A program made the position numbers and the translations under genes. A stretch of DNA of 64,000 bases. Source: Lama guanicoe. Lineage: Eukaryota. Of this stretch, positions 24,331 through 37,330 are shown piece after piece (within the stretch, counting starts at the first letter, position 1; each line of letters starts with the position of its first letter). A model generated the notes under the pieces. It saw only the letters and a program-made list of their open reading frames with translations. It had not been told where the DNA came from and ran no database searches. The stretch lies in NCBI GenBank assembly GCA_013239625.1, contig MU053934.1, positions 7,585,352-7,649,351 on the forward strand. The letters are read 5' to 3'.

Positions 24331-27300
24331 AGTTTCTTGGCCAGGGGATATCTTAGCACACTCTTTTAACACTCTGAACCTTTGCACAGGCTGGTCCCTG
24401 TGCTGGGCTGTCCCTGTCCCATTTATCCTCATAGTCAAGTCTTCTTCTGAGACAGCACACACATCATGTCTTTCTGAAGCATCCCTGGGCTGCATCTGCT
24501 ACCCTTCTCCCTGCCCTCAGCTGCCCTCTTCTCTCCGGTGTCCTGGGCATCTGCTGTCTCTCCGAGGGCAGACAGCCTGCCTTCTCCTACTTCTCTCTCT
24601 GGCTTCCGGCACATAGTAGGTGCCTGGGAAATGCTTCCCAGCTGAACGAGCCATCCCCTGGCTGGTTTACAGTGTGGGATTGTGTGGTGTTTCTATTAGT
24701 CTCCACGAACAAGTGCCACTGTGTTATTAAATTTTCCAAAAGCAGAATGTCTGCAGTGTTTGCCAGATTGGTTGCTCTTTTAGAGTAGGTCTACCCTGCC
24801 CATCCCGCACTCCTCATTCTGTCTTTCAAAGCCCATTCCCTGGGCACCAATTGAGCTCCAGGTCTGCGGGATGCAGTGCTGGGGTGCGAGGGAGCCTGAC
24901 CTTCAGGAAGTGGCCTGGAACAGGGTAGGTGAGGGTCAAGTTCAGAGCTCAGTGCCGGGGACTGGGTGGTGCTGGTAATGGCAGGCCCCTTGGTGGGGAG
25001 CTCCTGCTTTGTTCCAAATGAAGGCGTAAGAGCCGAGCATACAGTAGGTGCTCAATAAGTGTGTAAGAGAAGGTGTTATGGGAGCTAAGTGAGGAGGGCT
25101 GGTGGGATCAGAGGTGGTGAGGAAACTGACCTTGGAGGACAAGTGTCACAGGAACGTCTCTGCTCTCACCCAAGATCAGGACAAAAATTCTCCACCGTCC
25201 CCAGCCACACGTCCTCCTGGGGCTCCCAAGGCACCAACGAGCTGTGGTTTTGTCCTTGGAAGGTAGCAGGTGGAATCTGTTGGGCTACTGAGCCCGAGCC
25301 CAGTCTCCCAGGAAGGCATGATAGACCCATGGAGACATTGCGCTCGGGAAGCCTGCAGCCCCGGGGGAGACAGACGCTTCCCGCTGAGTTTGGGCTGCTC
25401 CTTCAGGTTCCAGAGTTGGGCAGCCTGGCTGGAGGGGCTGGGACGCTCCGTGTGCTCCGGGGAGTGTAGGTCAGGGGATCTCATTCTTCACCTCCTTCCA
25501 TTCATTCGCTCACTCGACCCTGGACTTGTCCTGAGTGTTGGGACATAAGACACCACAGAACATCTTGCTCAAATGCCTTCAGGGGCACCCATGACCTGCT
25601 GAGCATGGCATTCAAGGCCTGCCTTACGGAATACTCCAGTCCCTCAGGGGTCCGCCCCTCCCTGCTCTCCCCGGGCACCTGGGAACCTAGGCATCTGCTG
25701 TTCCTACTGCTGGGAACGCCCATCCTCTCCCCTGTCCATGTTCTGCCCTTTCTTCCAGGCCCAGCCCGAGGCCCTCTTCCAGGAAGCCCTGCTCCATCCC
25801 CCAGGGTGGACATCTCTCCCTCCCCTACCTAACAATCGATCCAGATTGGTCTCTGGGCATGTCTCCCTTTGGCCTTCACTGGCAAAGGTTGGATGGCAGG
25901 AGCTACAGCTGGGTGCCCTCCGCATTCCTGGCCACCAACACAGGCCTGGCAAACACACAGCTCCCAGGAAAACACAGGTACCAAATGGAGCTTGCAGCCA
26001 CCTGAACAGTGGAGCTGACAGTGGACTTGGGCCACTCACCAACCCTTCTCCTTAGCAGAAGGTCTGTGCTTTTACCTGGGACTTCTTTCCTAAATTCCCT
26101 GGTGACTGCTCCCACACTCCTCTCTGCCTGGCCTGGGAGAGCCTGCCTTGGGGCTCTGACCCTCAGAGGGCCAGGCAGACATGGCCCCGGGGGCCAGGGC
26201 AAGTAATCATGGGGGGATTGGGGAACCTACTTTCCAGGACTGGCCCTGGAGGGAGACCAAGTGGCAGCTCCCTGCTCCCGAGGAGAAGCGGAGGGTCTGC
26301 CATCACTCTGCTCACCCACCAGGTGTTTCACTTGTCCCTCCCACTCGCCCGGCTGACCTTGTATTTCCAGCCCAGCCTTTTCACTCTGCCCCAGAATTGC
26401 TCCAGCAATTCTGCGAAGTGAGGCCCAGAGACAAGGAAGCAGGAGGGAGGAAACTAGCTGAAGCCCCCTTGCCAGCCCCTGTCCCCCTCCCTGACCAAGG
26501 CCCCAGTCCAGGCCTCCATCATCGCCCTCAGCCGCCCCAGCCTCTCCTCCTCCCGTCAGGGCTGCCTGAGCAAATTCTAAAAAGATAAACCTGATGAGGT
26601 GCTTCTGCTCAAAAACCGTCCATGGCTCTCATTGGCAAAGTCTACCCACCTGAGGCAGGCACTCAAGGCCCTTCCAGAGCTAGCTCCTGCCCCTCCTCTT
26701 CCCTCAACTTCCCCATCCCCACGTCTCCTCTTTCTCCAGCCCCAGTGAAGCTGCCATCCCAAATATGCCAAGACATTTGCAAGCCCTGTTCCCTCTGCCT
26801 GGAATACCTTTTCCGTATCTTCACCCTTTGGTATGCTTACTCAGCCGGGGAAGCCCCACTGGGTAGCTGTTCCCACTTATCCTCCTGCACCCAGGAGGGG
26901 ACTTTTTCTGTGTCCCTGTCTGCCTCCGTACTGGACCAGCTCTCCCCAAGGGCAGGCGGCCTGAGGCATCCACACAGGGTGTCCTGACCTTGAAGGTTGT
27001 GTCTGAAGCTCTGATGAATGCAGAAATTGAGGCATACTGTGATGTGACTGTACTGGGCACGGAGGACCCACAGACATTTGTCGGGGTGCCTTAGATGGGC
27101 CTCTGAGGGGCCACACCTCCTTTTCCCCTGTTCTCTGTCTGGGAGGGCAGAGCCTGACCTGTTGCGCTGTGGACACGAGTCTCCACCCACAACAGGACCT
27201 AGAGGTGATAAGGGGCCCTCTCAAACTGCCCAGGGTGGGACCACCGCTGCTGGGTGGGGGTGCTTTCCCACCTCCACAATAAGGCAGGCCTTCTTCAAAC

Positions 27301-27589
27301 CAGAGACTAGATCCTCAGGTCCCTACCTGCTCACATGCCCACTCCGGCTTAGACCTCCTCTGGCCACAGACTGTACCTTGGGACTGGGGACATGGGACCC
27401 CCCCCCCCAACAGGGGAAAGAGATGCGGGTGCAAGAGCGGAGGCAGGGCCTATGCAGCCTAGGGGCTGGGGGTCTACATCTCTCAGAAAGGGGGGGCGGA
27501 GGGGGATTCGCAGACTTCGGTGGGAGGGCTCCGGGGCAGTGTGCCCTCGCGGTCCTGGGAGAGGGTCCCGGCCGGGGGCGGGGGCCGTG

Positions 27590-27655
27590 GCGCCCCGGAA
27601 GGAGCCGCACACGCCCCAGCACGCGGTGCCCGCCGCGGCAGCCGCGGATCCGGAG
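27590..27655 (+). other. MPPED1: Candidate upstream 5' exon of MPPED1 (start position uncertain)
   Basis: Good donor GAG|GTGAGA at 27655/27656, just downstream of a GC box in the CpG island. Inferred only, no transcript data. Confidence 0.45.
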
Positions 27656-28056
27656 GTGAGAGCGCCCCCGCCCGGCTCCCCGCCCACCAGGCGCGCGGCC
27701 AGGCCCGGGGCTGGGGGCGGGCCCGAGGGGCGCGGGGCTCGGCGGGGCAGCCGCCGGCCCTTTTCCGCAGCGCGGGCCCCGGTCCTCCTCCCCGCGCGCG
27801 GGCCCGCTCCCCTGGTCCCTTCCCCTGGGAGGCAGGATGCGGGCGCCGGGCCCGGGCGGGGGCCGAGGGCCGAGGCCTGGCCGGCTTGCAGGGGGCCCCG
27901 GCCGGCGGCCGCGTGGGGCCGGGGACCGAGGGCGCGAGTGCGCCCCTCCCGGCGCCGGGGCGGGGGGAGGCGGGGAGGGAGGAAGGCGGCGGCGGGAGGG
28001 GAGCCGGGGAGGCTTGGAGCCGCGCGGCGGGCGGGCTTGCGGGCGAGGGAGCGGGC

Positions 28057-28183
28057 NNNNNNNNNNNNNNNNNNNNNNNNNNNNNNNNNNNNNNNNNNNN
28101 NNNNNNNNNNNNNNNNNNNNNNNNNNNNNNNNNNNNNNNNNNNNNNNNNNNNNNNNNNNNNNNNNNNNNNNNNNNNNNNNNNN
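28057..28183. other. Assembly gap (127 N) inside the CpG island
   Basis: Run of N. Confidence 1.
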
Positions 28184-28630
28184 GGGGCGCGGGCGCCGGG
28201 CCGGGCGGGGGCGCGGCCGGGACCCTCTCCAGGCGCGGGGTGGGGCCCGCGGCGCGGCGCAGGGGCGCCCGCAAAGTTACTTTGGCCACGTCTGCCGGGT
28301 GCCGGCGCCCCGGCCGGGCACCCCTGCTGCCCTGCCCGCAGCGCGGGTGCCGCCGGGAGGGGCTCGGCGGGGGCGCTGGACTCTGACTGGGGCCGAGGGG
28401 TCAGCGAAACTTTTCCCCAGCTCGGCAGTCGCTGCTGACTGCCGGCAGAGTTGCTGGTGGAAGAAGCGGATTGGTGGGGTGCAAGTGATGAAGATGGTGA
28501 TAACAATAGCAGCCCCTAGTCGTTGAGAGCCTACTGTGCGCAGCGAAGCCCCTGCTGGTACTTGGGGACGAGGGAGGCGGGGACTAATGCTGGTCTGGTG
28601 GCCACTTTCTCTAGGCATTGCTGGAAACTT

Positions 28631-28760
28631 CATCCATCCATCCATCCACCCATCCATCCATCCATTCACTCACTCATTCCACACATATTTAGTCCTGTCT
28701 GCTATGTGCCGGGCACAGGGGATTCAGTGGCTAACCAGGCAGGTCTCAGCCCTCACAGGC
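28631..28760 (-). mobile_element. L2 3' end with (CATC)n tail expansion
   Basis: catccatccatccatcc...cactcattccacacatattt...tgctatgtgccgggcacaggggattcagtgg. Confidence 0.7.
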
Positions 28761-31700
28761 AATATTTCATCGAATGCCAAGGCTGAGGAGCAGTTTTGTC
28801 TCTTGTGTGTGTTTATTCGAGGACTCGTTATGGGAGACTGAATTCATGCACAGCCTTCCTTGACCTGGGTGGAGATGGAGGAGGGTCAGTCTGAGAGCTG
28901 GTATGTCCAGGAGTCTGTGGCAGGCCAGGGCTTTGGGACCTAGACCCAGGTGTCTTGCATCCCGTCCCCTCCCCTCTCCCCTGGGGCTGGGTGGCTGCAG
29001 GTGGAATCAGGAGGCCCCACTGTGGAACTGGCCCCCAAGGTTGCTGGGCTGACTTCTCTTGGGTCGTCTGTCCCCCAGTGCTGGGTCAGAGCCTCTCCCA
29101 GCTCCCCTTGGAGGTTTGGTTGCCTCTCCCTCCCCATTTCTAAGGCCTCCATTGAACGGCCCAGAGGAGAGCTTACATCGCAAACAATTATAAAATTAAA
29201 CCAGGGAACAAAAGTGAGCCGACTGGTGAATGGTGAGCTGGCCGCACAGGACTTGAGTGGTGGTGGGAGACTTGTGCAGGGATCAGCCATTTGGGGGTGG
29301 GGGTGGGGGCTCAGGCAGACGCTACCATCATCACTACCCTAACTGGTATTTGTGGGGAAAAACATTAAACCAACTTCATGAATAATTTGTCACATTGGCT
29401 AAAATGCTTTGGGGGATGTCAGAGAGGCTACCGGCTGACGGCCACATTCAAGTTGGAAGCCAGGCCTCCATCCATGGGAGCCAGTGCTCTAAGAGACCAT
29501 TTGGGGAGGGGGTGGTGGATCTGGCTGAGCTGAGGCAGGCTTCTGGCGATGGGGAGCACACCCGGGCTGTGGAGCCGGGCGCCGGGTACGGGGGACCGCG
29601 GTGTGGGAGCCATGCATAATAAACTGTGCTTCATGATGCCCGTCTCCCTGCAAATTGGCTTTCCGAGTGGCAGCCCCACAACACTTGTAAAATCTTTTTC
29701 CTTAAGATGGGTTTCTGCGAAATGGTTACATCTATTTGAGTGCTCACTCCGTGGAGGTACATTAATTGGCTGATGGCTAGTCGAAAGGCGGTAATCCAGT
29801 CACAGAGGTTTAATCGTATATTCGGAAGTGGTTCAGTGTGGGGCTGCTTTCCTCTTCATTTCTCAGCCCTAGGAATTTCCGAAGACCTGAATTAAACTAG
29901 ATCGCTATAATGTTGGTGTGGGCAGGCCCAGAGTGTCACCTACATGTGAGATGTCATACCTCATATGCAGTTACTGTGTGAACACTCAAAATCACTCACA
30001 CATACCCTAACCCTGTGGGCTGTTTATGGACAGATGGAATAGGTCTGAGTTGGAGTAGGAGACTGGGGTTTAGGGTCTCTCTGCTGGTGCCCAGACTGTG
30101 TCAGGAACGCAGACTGACACACAGAGTAACCACTCAAGAAAAGCCTGCTTTTTAAAAATTTCCCAGCCCACCCGAGAGACTATTAAATCTCTACCCAACT
30201 AAAGTAATTTAAGTTCATTTGTTTTTCCCTGAACTTGCTGCCTTCCCTTGCAGGCACTCACCGAACACAGGACACATCTCTTTGCACGTGTCTGAGGAAT
30301 TAAGGCTGGTAGCAGGATTTCACCGAAGGGTAGCACTCAAGGAGAAAAATCAGCATTCTGGGTGCGGGTTCCAGACCCGTCCCCAAAGTGCAATCATCTT
30401 TGAATCTATCAAAATGATCACTTTCCCAGTTTCAGGCCTGTGAACTGATCATGAGTAGCAGGGCAGAGGAAATTAATCGGCCGGGCAAAGACTTTTAGCA
30501 AGTAAATATTATGCACAGAAAAACATGCAATTAGTGGTGGTTAGTTAATGCCTTTCAAGTTTCGGCGGTGAGCTGCAGTTAGGGGTGGGATTCTGCGTTA
30601 TCCCTGAATTGTCTGTCAAAATCTTTAATGTGACAATGTGACATGTCTCTCCCATCGCCCCTCCCTCACCAGGAACAGAAAAAGGGTCTTTTCAAGCATC
30701 CCTCCCTTTCCATTCTTCTTCTCTCTGAGATCTCTCCGTTCTGCAATTGGCACCTTTGTCTGCCCGCACCTCTGGAATGAGGGACCCTGGGGGAAGGGAC
30801 TCCCCATGTGCAGGAGCCCGGGAAAGGATTCTCAGGCTTGCTGTGTGCCCACCAGTCACACAGTTAATGGCATCTCAGATGAGAGACAGGCTGCTTGTGG
30901 GGTCTTCCTTCTGGCCAAACGTCTCACCCTCAAGGATCAGACAAGCCGAACACTTACGGGGCAAGGAGGAGAGGGGCTGAGGAGAATGTTACACACAGCA
31001 AGAACCACTTAGACAATGCTGTGTAGCTCTGAAAGCCGTTCCCTGCAGCCGTGTTTCCTGTGGTGTGGACGTCCCCACGGAATGAGGCCACCAGCTAGCA
31101 TCCCCTCCAGACGGCCACTGACATTGTTTGAGTTGGGTCTGAAGAAGTGACGGAAATGCAGAAGGGAAAAGTGACCCTCAGGGAAAGAAAAAAAGAGGGG
31201 GCTCCTTTTGAGGGGGTGGTTTTGGAGGGGAAGATATAAATATCTCCTTGATTCGTTTGATTTGCTGTGGCTCTCCCTGGTGACCTGGCCATTCTGCTAC
31301 CAAAACAAATGCTTTATATTGACACCCCCCGCCCCCCCGCCGCTAAGGAGACAAGACTTAAGTTATGCTTTATTTCCATTTAAAATATCTATGGCCGACG
31401 AGGGCAGCACAATCTCATGAAAAAAAAAATCTTAACAAATTGAGATTATGTTTCAAATTTGAACTCAGATAGTGGCTTGAGAACTTCTTTGGGCTTTCCA
31501 TGCCTCTCTGTGAATTACCCTTTGGGGAGTTTTCTTGGACGTGAACCTGGCCAGCTTGGTGTCGGAACCTGGGGGTGCATCATAAGTCGAAGCAGTTAAA
31601 AAAAAGTCCCCTCCCCCCGGTCGATTGTGATACGCGTTGAGTTCAGAGCCGAGGATTGAGCAGGTCCCTGTCTCCACAGCTCAACCCACACCTGGAAGTT

Positions 31701-34700
31701 TGCTTCTATTCCATGTTGTGTTCGCATTTCCATCCCCTCCTTGCAAGAAAGATTTGAGGCTGAGCGTTGATACACATGAAGAGATTTTTGGCATCGCCCT
31801 GGCTACTTTCATCACTTTAGGGAGAAAATGATGCCTGTTATCCCATTTCCAACACACCCGTCATCGTTTCGCCTTCATTTCATTCTTTTGCATTTTCCGA
31901 CAGGACTGCAGCCCGCAAGGCTGCAAAATCTATCGCACTGGCTACCCGAGAAGTGCGAGTTCCTCCCTGCACCCTGCCTTTCCCCCTTCGCAACGAAGTG
32001 CTTTTTGGCATCGCGGTGCTCGTGGAAAAGGCAAATGTTCCTTCCCCCACCCGAGGCTCCTTGCACAAAGGGGCGTGTGTTGGGGGGAATGGAGAATGGA
32101 GTTTTCCTTTGGTAACTTTGTCATTCAGGCACATTAGTTAATTGATCATACATTGGAGGTTTAATCCTTAATTGCAAATTCCCGCATGATCACACACACA
32201 AAAATGCTCTTAAACTGATCATAAAAATGGCAAAACCCCAATCCCAGACTTAAGTGTAGAATTACCATAGTGCCGATTTGATTCTGCTTCAGTGACATCT
32301 GTTTAATAGATTTCCATGAGAACTGTAAATCCACATTCACTTTCTTTGCAAATTGTATTTGAATACTGAGCAACCCAGACCCTCTTGCCTCTCCCGCTCC
32401 CAACCATGTGTATCCCAGACCACCGTTAACTGAGTGTGACTTGACGCATACGTGGGACAGGGGTGCAGGGTGCCGATTTTTACACATTTACCTTTCATTT
32501 CCTTTTGTGTGTGGTTATGTCTGTGTGCATGTTTGAAATGGATCTGAGCAGCCTCCCGTCTCCAGTCCACAGATACGGGAATCTACAAATGCTTCATTTT
32601 GAAAACTAGGACATAGCACTTTGCAGAAGAAAAATCAGTCCATTCACTGTATTTATGTGATTGCTGATCTGCGAGATGGATATAGAAAGCACAAGAATTA
32701 TAATAATTTATGGAGCGGAGCACTGGTTTACAAACATGTTTCCTAGCCTGGGTTTTGTGGGGGTTTCTTTGCAACTTGGCCTCGTTCGGTGCTAGAGGAA
32801 TGGAAAATACTCAGAATCTGAAGGCCAGCCGGGTGGACTGAGTGCATTCAAATCTAAAATTAAAGGAATAAGTGAGCAGCTATTTGTGGCACACAGGACA
32901 TGATCCAGTAAGGAGCACTCTTCATCATTCTGAAAGAAAAAGTACATAATTGGAAAATGAAGCGGCGGCGACTCCTGCGTGGAGGGCGAGGAATTAGAAA
33001 GTGTGATTTAAAATCAGGTAGTCGTAATTCAAAATGGGCCCAGCTAAAAGGTTTTAAAGTGGCACCTGCTTTAAAGTCACTTGTGGTTGATCCTTTTTTC
33101 AAGGAATATGGTCTAATTTTCACAATATTTGTGGATTCCTTCATCGACTTAGCTCATCAGCGTGTTCAGCGTAGCTGCTAATATCAGCTGCAGTGTTTTC
33201 TTTCTTTGGAAACGCACAGTTGCTACAGAAGGAAGTCAAACATAAGGCTGTCATTTTAGGGACATGGCGGGGGGACTGGGTCTGATTCTTTTTCCTGTTG
33301 GGCTATTTGTTCTTTTTCCTTTCCTGTGACTTCCATTTTTTTTTTTTTACCCTTTCTGACATTTTCAACCACTGACTAATCAATTGCATATTTATCAGTC
33401 ACTAGCAAAACAAGGGGAAAAAATTGGTTGAAAAGGGATTTTTGAGCAGGTGTGGAAGCATGTAAAAGAACCATTCCAGAGCCCCACACACTGGTACCTT
33501 CCTGTTAAGCATGACTTCTGCTGCCCCTGGCTTGGCAGGGGCACTCTGTAGGAGGCGTTAGTGTGGTTTTCCTGTGACGCGTCTCATTGCAGCGAAGTTC
33601 TCAGCAAAGTCTCAGCCAGCAGTGCCTTCTGCTGAGCTGGCCTGCTCTGGGCGACCGGCCGGAGACAGTTGCCTGCCTGCTCGGCCGACCAGCTGGAGGG
33701 GCTGGGGCTGCTGGCGGCCCCTACTCATGGGCAGAGGAGGAGAGGAGTCGGAGTCAAGATGGGGTTGGGTTCCTGGGGAAGCTTCCCGGGCGCTGGGCTC
33801 CGTCGGAACGCTGCGGCGGGGAAGGCTGTCGGGGCAGGTGCTTCTCCGGGACTTTTCCTGTTTTGCAGACAATCCCGTGTAGTCACTGGCTGTTGTCCGA
33901 GTTTCGGCCTCGGGACAACACAGTATTGTCCTAGCCTCACACTTACACCCACAAACCTGCCAGTGACGGGAAGGGGCAGGGGTGCCTTTTGGGGTGGCTG
34001 CCTTAACCGCCTCGGGTTGGCTTTTATGACAGTGAGTTTTACCCTTTGGGACATTTTCAACTGAAATGGGGACACTTTTGAGAGCCAGAGAGGCTGCTGG
34101 TCAAGCTGACAAAAGGGGGCAGCAGGCGTGAACCGGGACTGTCCCGGGCCCACCCTGGCTCTGAGGGGCCTGTGCCAGGTGGAAGTGGAAGCCTCCAGCC
34201 CCGTGGCGAAGGCGAGTGGTCTTTGGTCACAGAGGTGGTTGCTTGTAGATTTCCTTCATCTGTCTGTCTGCTGGGCAGACTTGGGCTGCTGGGACCATCC
34301 AGGTGTCTCCTTTGCAGGAATCCGCCCGCTGTTACGATGCTCTGTGGAAGCTAAGGCCCTTCTCGGTGTCTTCTTTTGGGCCTTTGGCACATGCTGGCTG
34401 GTCCTGTTGTTTGGTAGGGCCTGCTTAGGGGCCCCCAGGCTCCCTCCTCTCCACCTCCTCATGAAGGGGTCTGAGCTGCCCTGTTGATTTGTCTGGCTAC
34501 TCCCGCTGGGCCCCAAGCCCTATGAGGGTCAGTTTCACATCTGAGTCATTTGGGTCCCAGAACAGGGTCTGCCTCCGATGGGGGGCAGTGGGTGTTTCAG
34601 GGCTGACCCGTGTCCTGCAGTGTCCCAGGTGAGTGAGTGGCAAAGAGTTGGCCTGGAAAACTAGTCAAGGGCCGGTGGTACTGGCCGTGCCCATTCATGA

Positions 34701-36079
34701 CACCCTGGGGAGTAAAGTGGCCGCTGATTCACCCAGTAACAGGGTGGAGGGAAGGGGCCAGGAACCCCCGATTGTCTGAAAATCTCTGCTCAGTTCTTAG
34801 CAGTTCCTGGCAGCGCTCCGGGGACTCTCTAACTGTGGTGGCAGAGATGCTGAGAGAGCACCTACTGTGCGTGGGCTCTCGGCCAGGAACTTTTGTAGGT
34901 ACCGCGTCCTGTATCCTCTCTGTGGCTTCTGGGAGGGAGATCTTAGCATCCACACGTTCACAGAGGAAAAGCCGGAGGTCTGAGGAGGCGTGAGCTGCTT
35001 TGAGCCTGGACTTGAGACGGCAGGACCCGTGCGTTCTCTCTCTCACTCACTCACTCGCTCACGTAGTGTTTTGTTCTTCGGCTTCTACTACAGCTCAGAC
35101 ACAGGACGCGACTCTGGGAGCTTTGGTGAGAGATGGCCCGGGGAGTTGTGGGCAGAGGTGCCTGACCCAGCCTGGGGAGGTCGAGGGGACATTTCCCTGA
35201 GGCCCCGAGCCAGGGAACAGGTGTGCGTGCATAGGTGGGGCCGGTGTGCAGAGCCTTCCAGGCGGGGGGAACAGCATGTGTGAAGGCTCAGAGGCGGGAC
35301 TCCTAGTGTGCCAGGGACACCCGGAGTGAAGGGCTTGGCCTGAGTGTTGAGACCGAGGCTGGGGGCAGGTGTGGGCTCCAGGGCAGATCTAAGGAGCCAG
35401 GCTTCCCCTCGGGGCAGCAGGGTGCTCCTTCGAGATTCAGGAGTAGCTTGGTCAGAGTGTGAGTTACAACCTTGGTTCTGGGAGCTGGTGTGGTGTGTTG
35501 CCTTGGTGATGCCGCAGGAGGGGGTCAGACAAGGTTGTGGGGGCAGCGGGGCGGGGGGGGCTGCCTTGGCCTCTTTCCTAGGTGTGAGCTCTCTGTACCC
35601 TCTGTGCCTGGTAGCTACTTGCTGCTTGGAGTCTCAGTGACGTCCAGGTTCCTCCTGGCCTGACTTGACCCAAGGCTTCTGAGGACAAATAAATGCCTTT
35701 GAGGGGAAAATGGAAAGAGAAACCACTTTGTAAAAGAATAAAGACTTTTGAAAAGCGAGCTCTGAAAAAAGGAGGGAGTTTCTCAACAAGAATTTTTCAA
35801 CCCAGAAATTTCAAGAATTTTTCAACTCCCTCAATCTGGGCTGACTGCGCCTTCATGCAGGGGCAGGCCCAAGGCTCACGTCATCCCCTCTGTTCCCTCT
35901 CAGCGGGACCAATGAGGAAGCGGAAGCACAGAGAGGTCAAGTGACTTGCCCAGGGTCCCACAGCGAAGCAGCACCAAATTTGAACCCTGCTTCCTCTGAC
36001 CTCAGAGTCCAGGCCCTTCTCCATTGCAGAGGCACACCAGTGGCCAAGAAAAATAACAAGTGAGACCATTTATTGTTGC

Positions 36080-36460
36080 TGCCTCTGCCTCAGGGCCTTT
36101 GCGCTTGCTGTTCCCTCTGCCTTGGTTCTCTTTCCCAGGTCTGGGCATGGCTGGCTGCCTCTCAGCGTTCGCTTTTGAGGTGATGTTACCTGTTTAATTC
36201 GGCCTTTCTTGATCACCAGTTTGAAGCCTCCTCTCCCCATTACTTGTGATTCCCTCACCTGCGCCGTCTTCTTCCAGGTACATAACGTATTATTATCTGA
36301 AAGCATCTTTTCTATTTACCTCTGTGTTTGCTTTATCGCCCCCGTGTCCAGTTCCTTGAGGGCAGTGACCTGTTGACTCTCTCACTGCTCTTTCTGGCAC
36401 CTGAAACAGTGGCGGCACGTACGGCCAAGGTACACATTTGTTGAATAAGTAAACACATTG
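36080..36460 (+). mobile_element. L2 LINE 3' fragment
   Basis: cctcagggcctttgcgcttgctgttccctctgcc...ttccttgagggcag...acatttgttgaataa. Confidence 0.8.
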
Positions 36461-37185
36461 ATCAGTTCGTCCCCCTCTTCTCTTTGTAGTCCCATTTCCT
36501 TCCTGCCCACTGGCACGGAGGAGGCACCTGTGGCCTGGCCAGGATGTGTGACTTGCTCAAGGTCACTCTGCTGGACGGAGAGCCAGGACGGAAGCCCAGG
36601 TGGTCTCCCCACGGCGGTCCCAGCATCCCCCGCGTTGCCTGCATGCTGTGTTGTTTTGTGGACCAGGTGCAAATGCTTCCCAGTTAAAAGCCGTTTGTTT
36701 GGGAATAGCTGCTCCCCCTCCGTGGATCGGCTGCGTTCTCCGCACTGTGGCTGCTGCTGCTGCGGCTCCATAAATATTAAATGGGTATTAAAAGAAGGCT
36801 CTGCGTTCCCAGTTTCCCTGATTTCTCTGAGCAGGGCCCATTGCAAACCCCCTTTATGTGAAATGCAGCATTTCACTGCGGAGTGCCTCCCGGGACGCCT
36901 TGCCGCTGCCTTTCCTGGCTGAGTCCCCTGGTGCAGAGCAGTTCCCCCACTGCGGCTGACCGCAGGGCATGTGAGAGCCGTCTCCTTGGGGGCAGGGATG
37001 GGCGAAGGGCCCTGGGGCCCCCCTTTCGCGAGGGCTGTGCCCAGCCTGGCCAGCCTTGTTGCAGGGTTGTAGGGTGGTAGGAGAGAGGTGATGACTCTTT
37101 AACCTTTGGCTGAGCTCCCTTGATACCCACCCTCTGCCAGGCCCGTACTGGGTAAATACCGACTGGCAGCAAACATACTCTGTCT

Positions 37186-37330
37186 GTCCCTCCATCCCTG
37201 CATCCATCCCTCCATCCCTGCATCCCTTCCCCATCCCTGAATCTCTCCGCCCATCCCTGCATCCATCCATTCTTTCCTTCTTCCCTCCATTCCTCCATCT
37301 TTCTGTCCACCCCTGCATCCATACATTCAC
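37186..37330. repeat. Degenerate (CCAT/CCCT)n simple repeat
   Basis: ccctccatccctgcatccatccctccatccctgcatcc... Confidence 0.8.

Larger units (their letters stand above)
27480..28450 (+). promoter_or_regulatory. MPPED1: CpG-island promoter of MPPED1
   Basis: Very high GC and CpG density with multiple GC boxes (e.g. ggggcggggg ~27575), no TATA box, about 12 kb upstream of the first coding exon. Confidence 0.85.

Noticed and set aside
27349..28526. Several long overlapping ORFs (229-385 aa) on both strands
   Set aside because: Ala/Gly/Pro/Arg-rich frames produced by CpG-island composition and read through the N gap, with no recognisable protein.
32957..33017. ATG-initiated MKRRRLLRGG... segment with a possible donor CAG|GTAGTC, as an alternative coding first exon
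   Set aside because: It ends in phase 1, which is out of frame with both acceptors (40099 needs phase 0, 40110 needs phase 2). It could still be non-coding.
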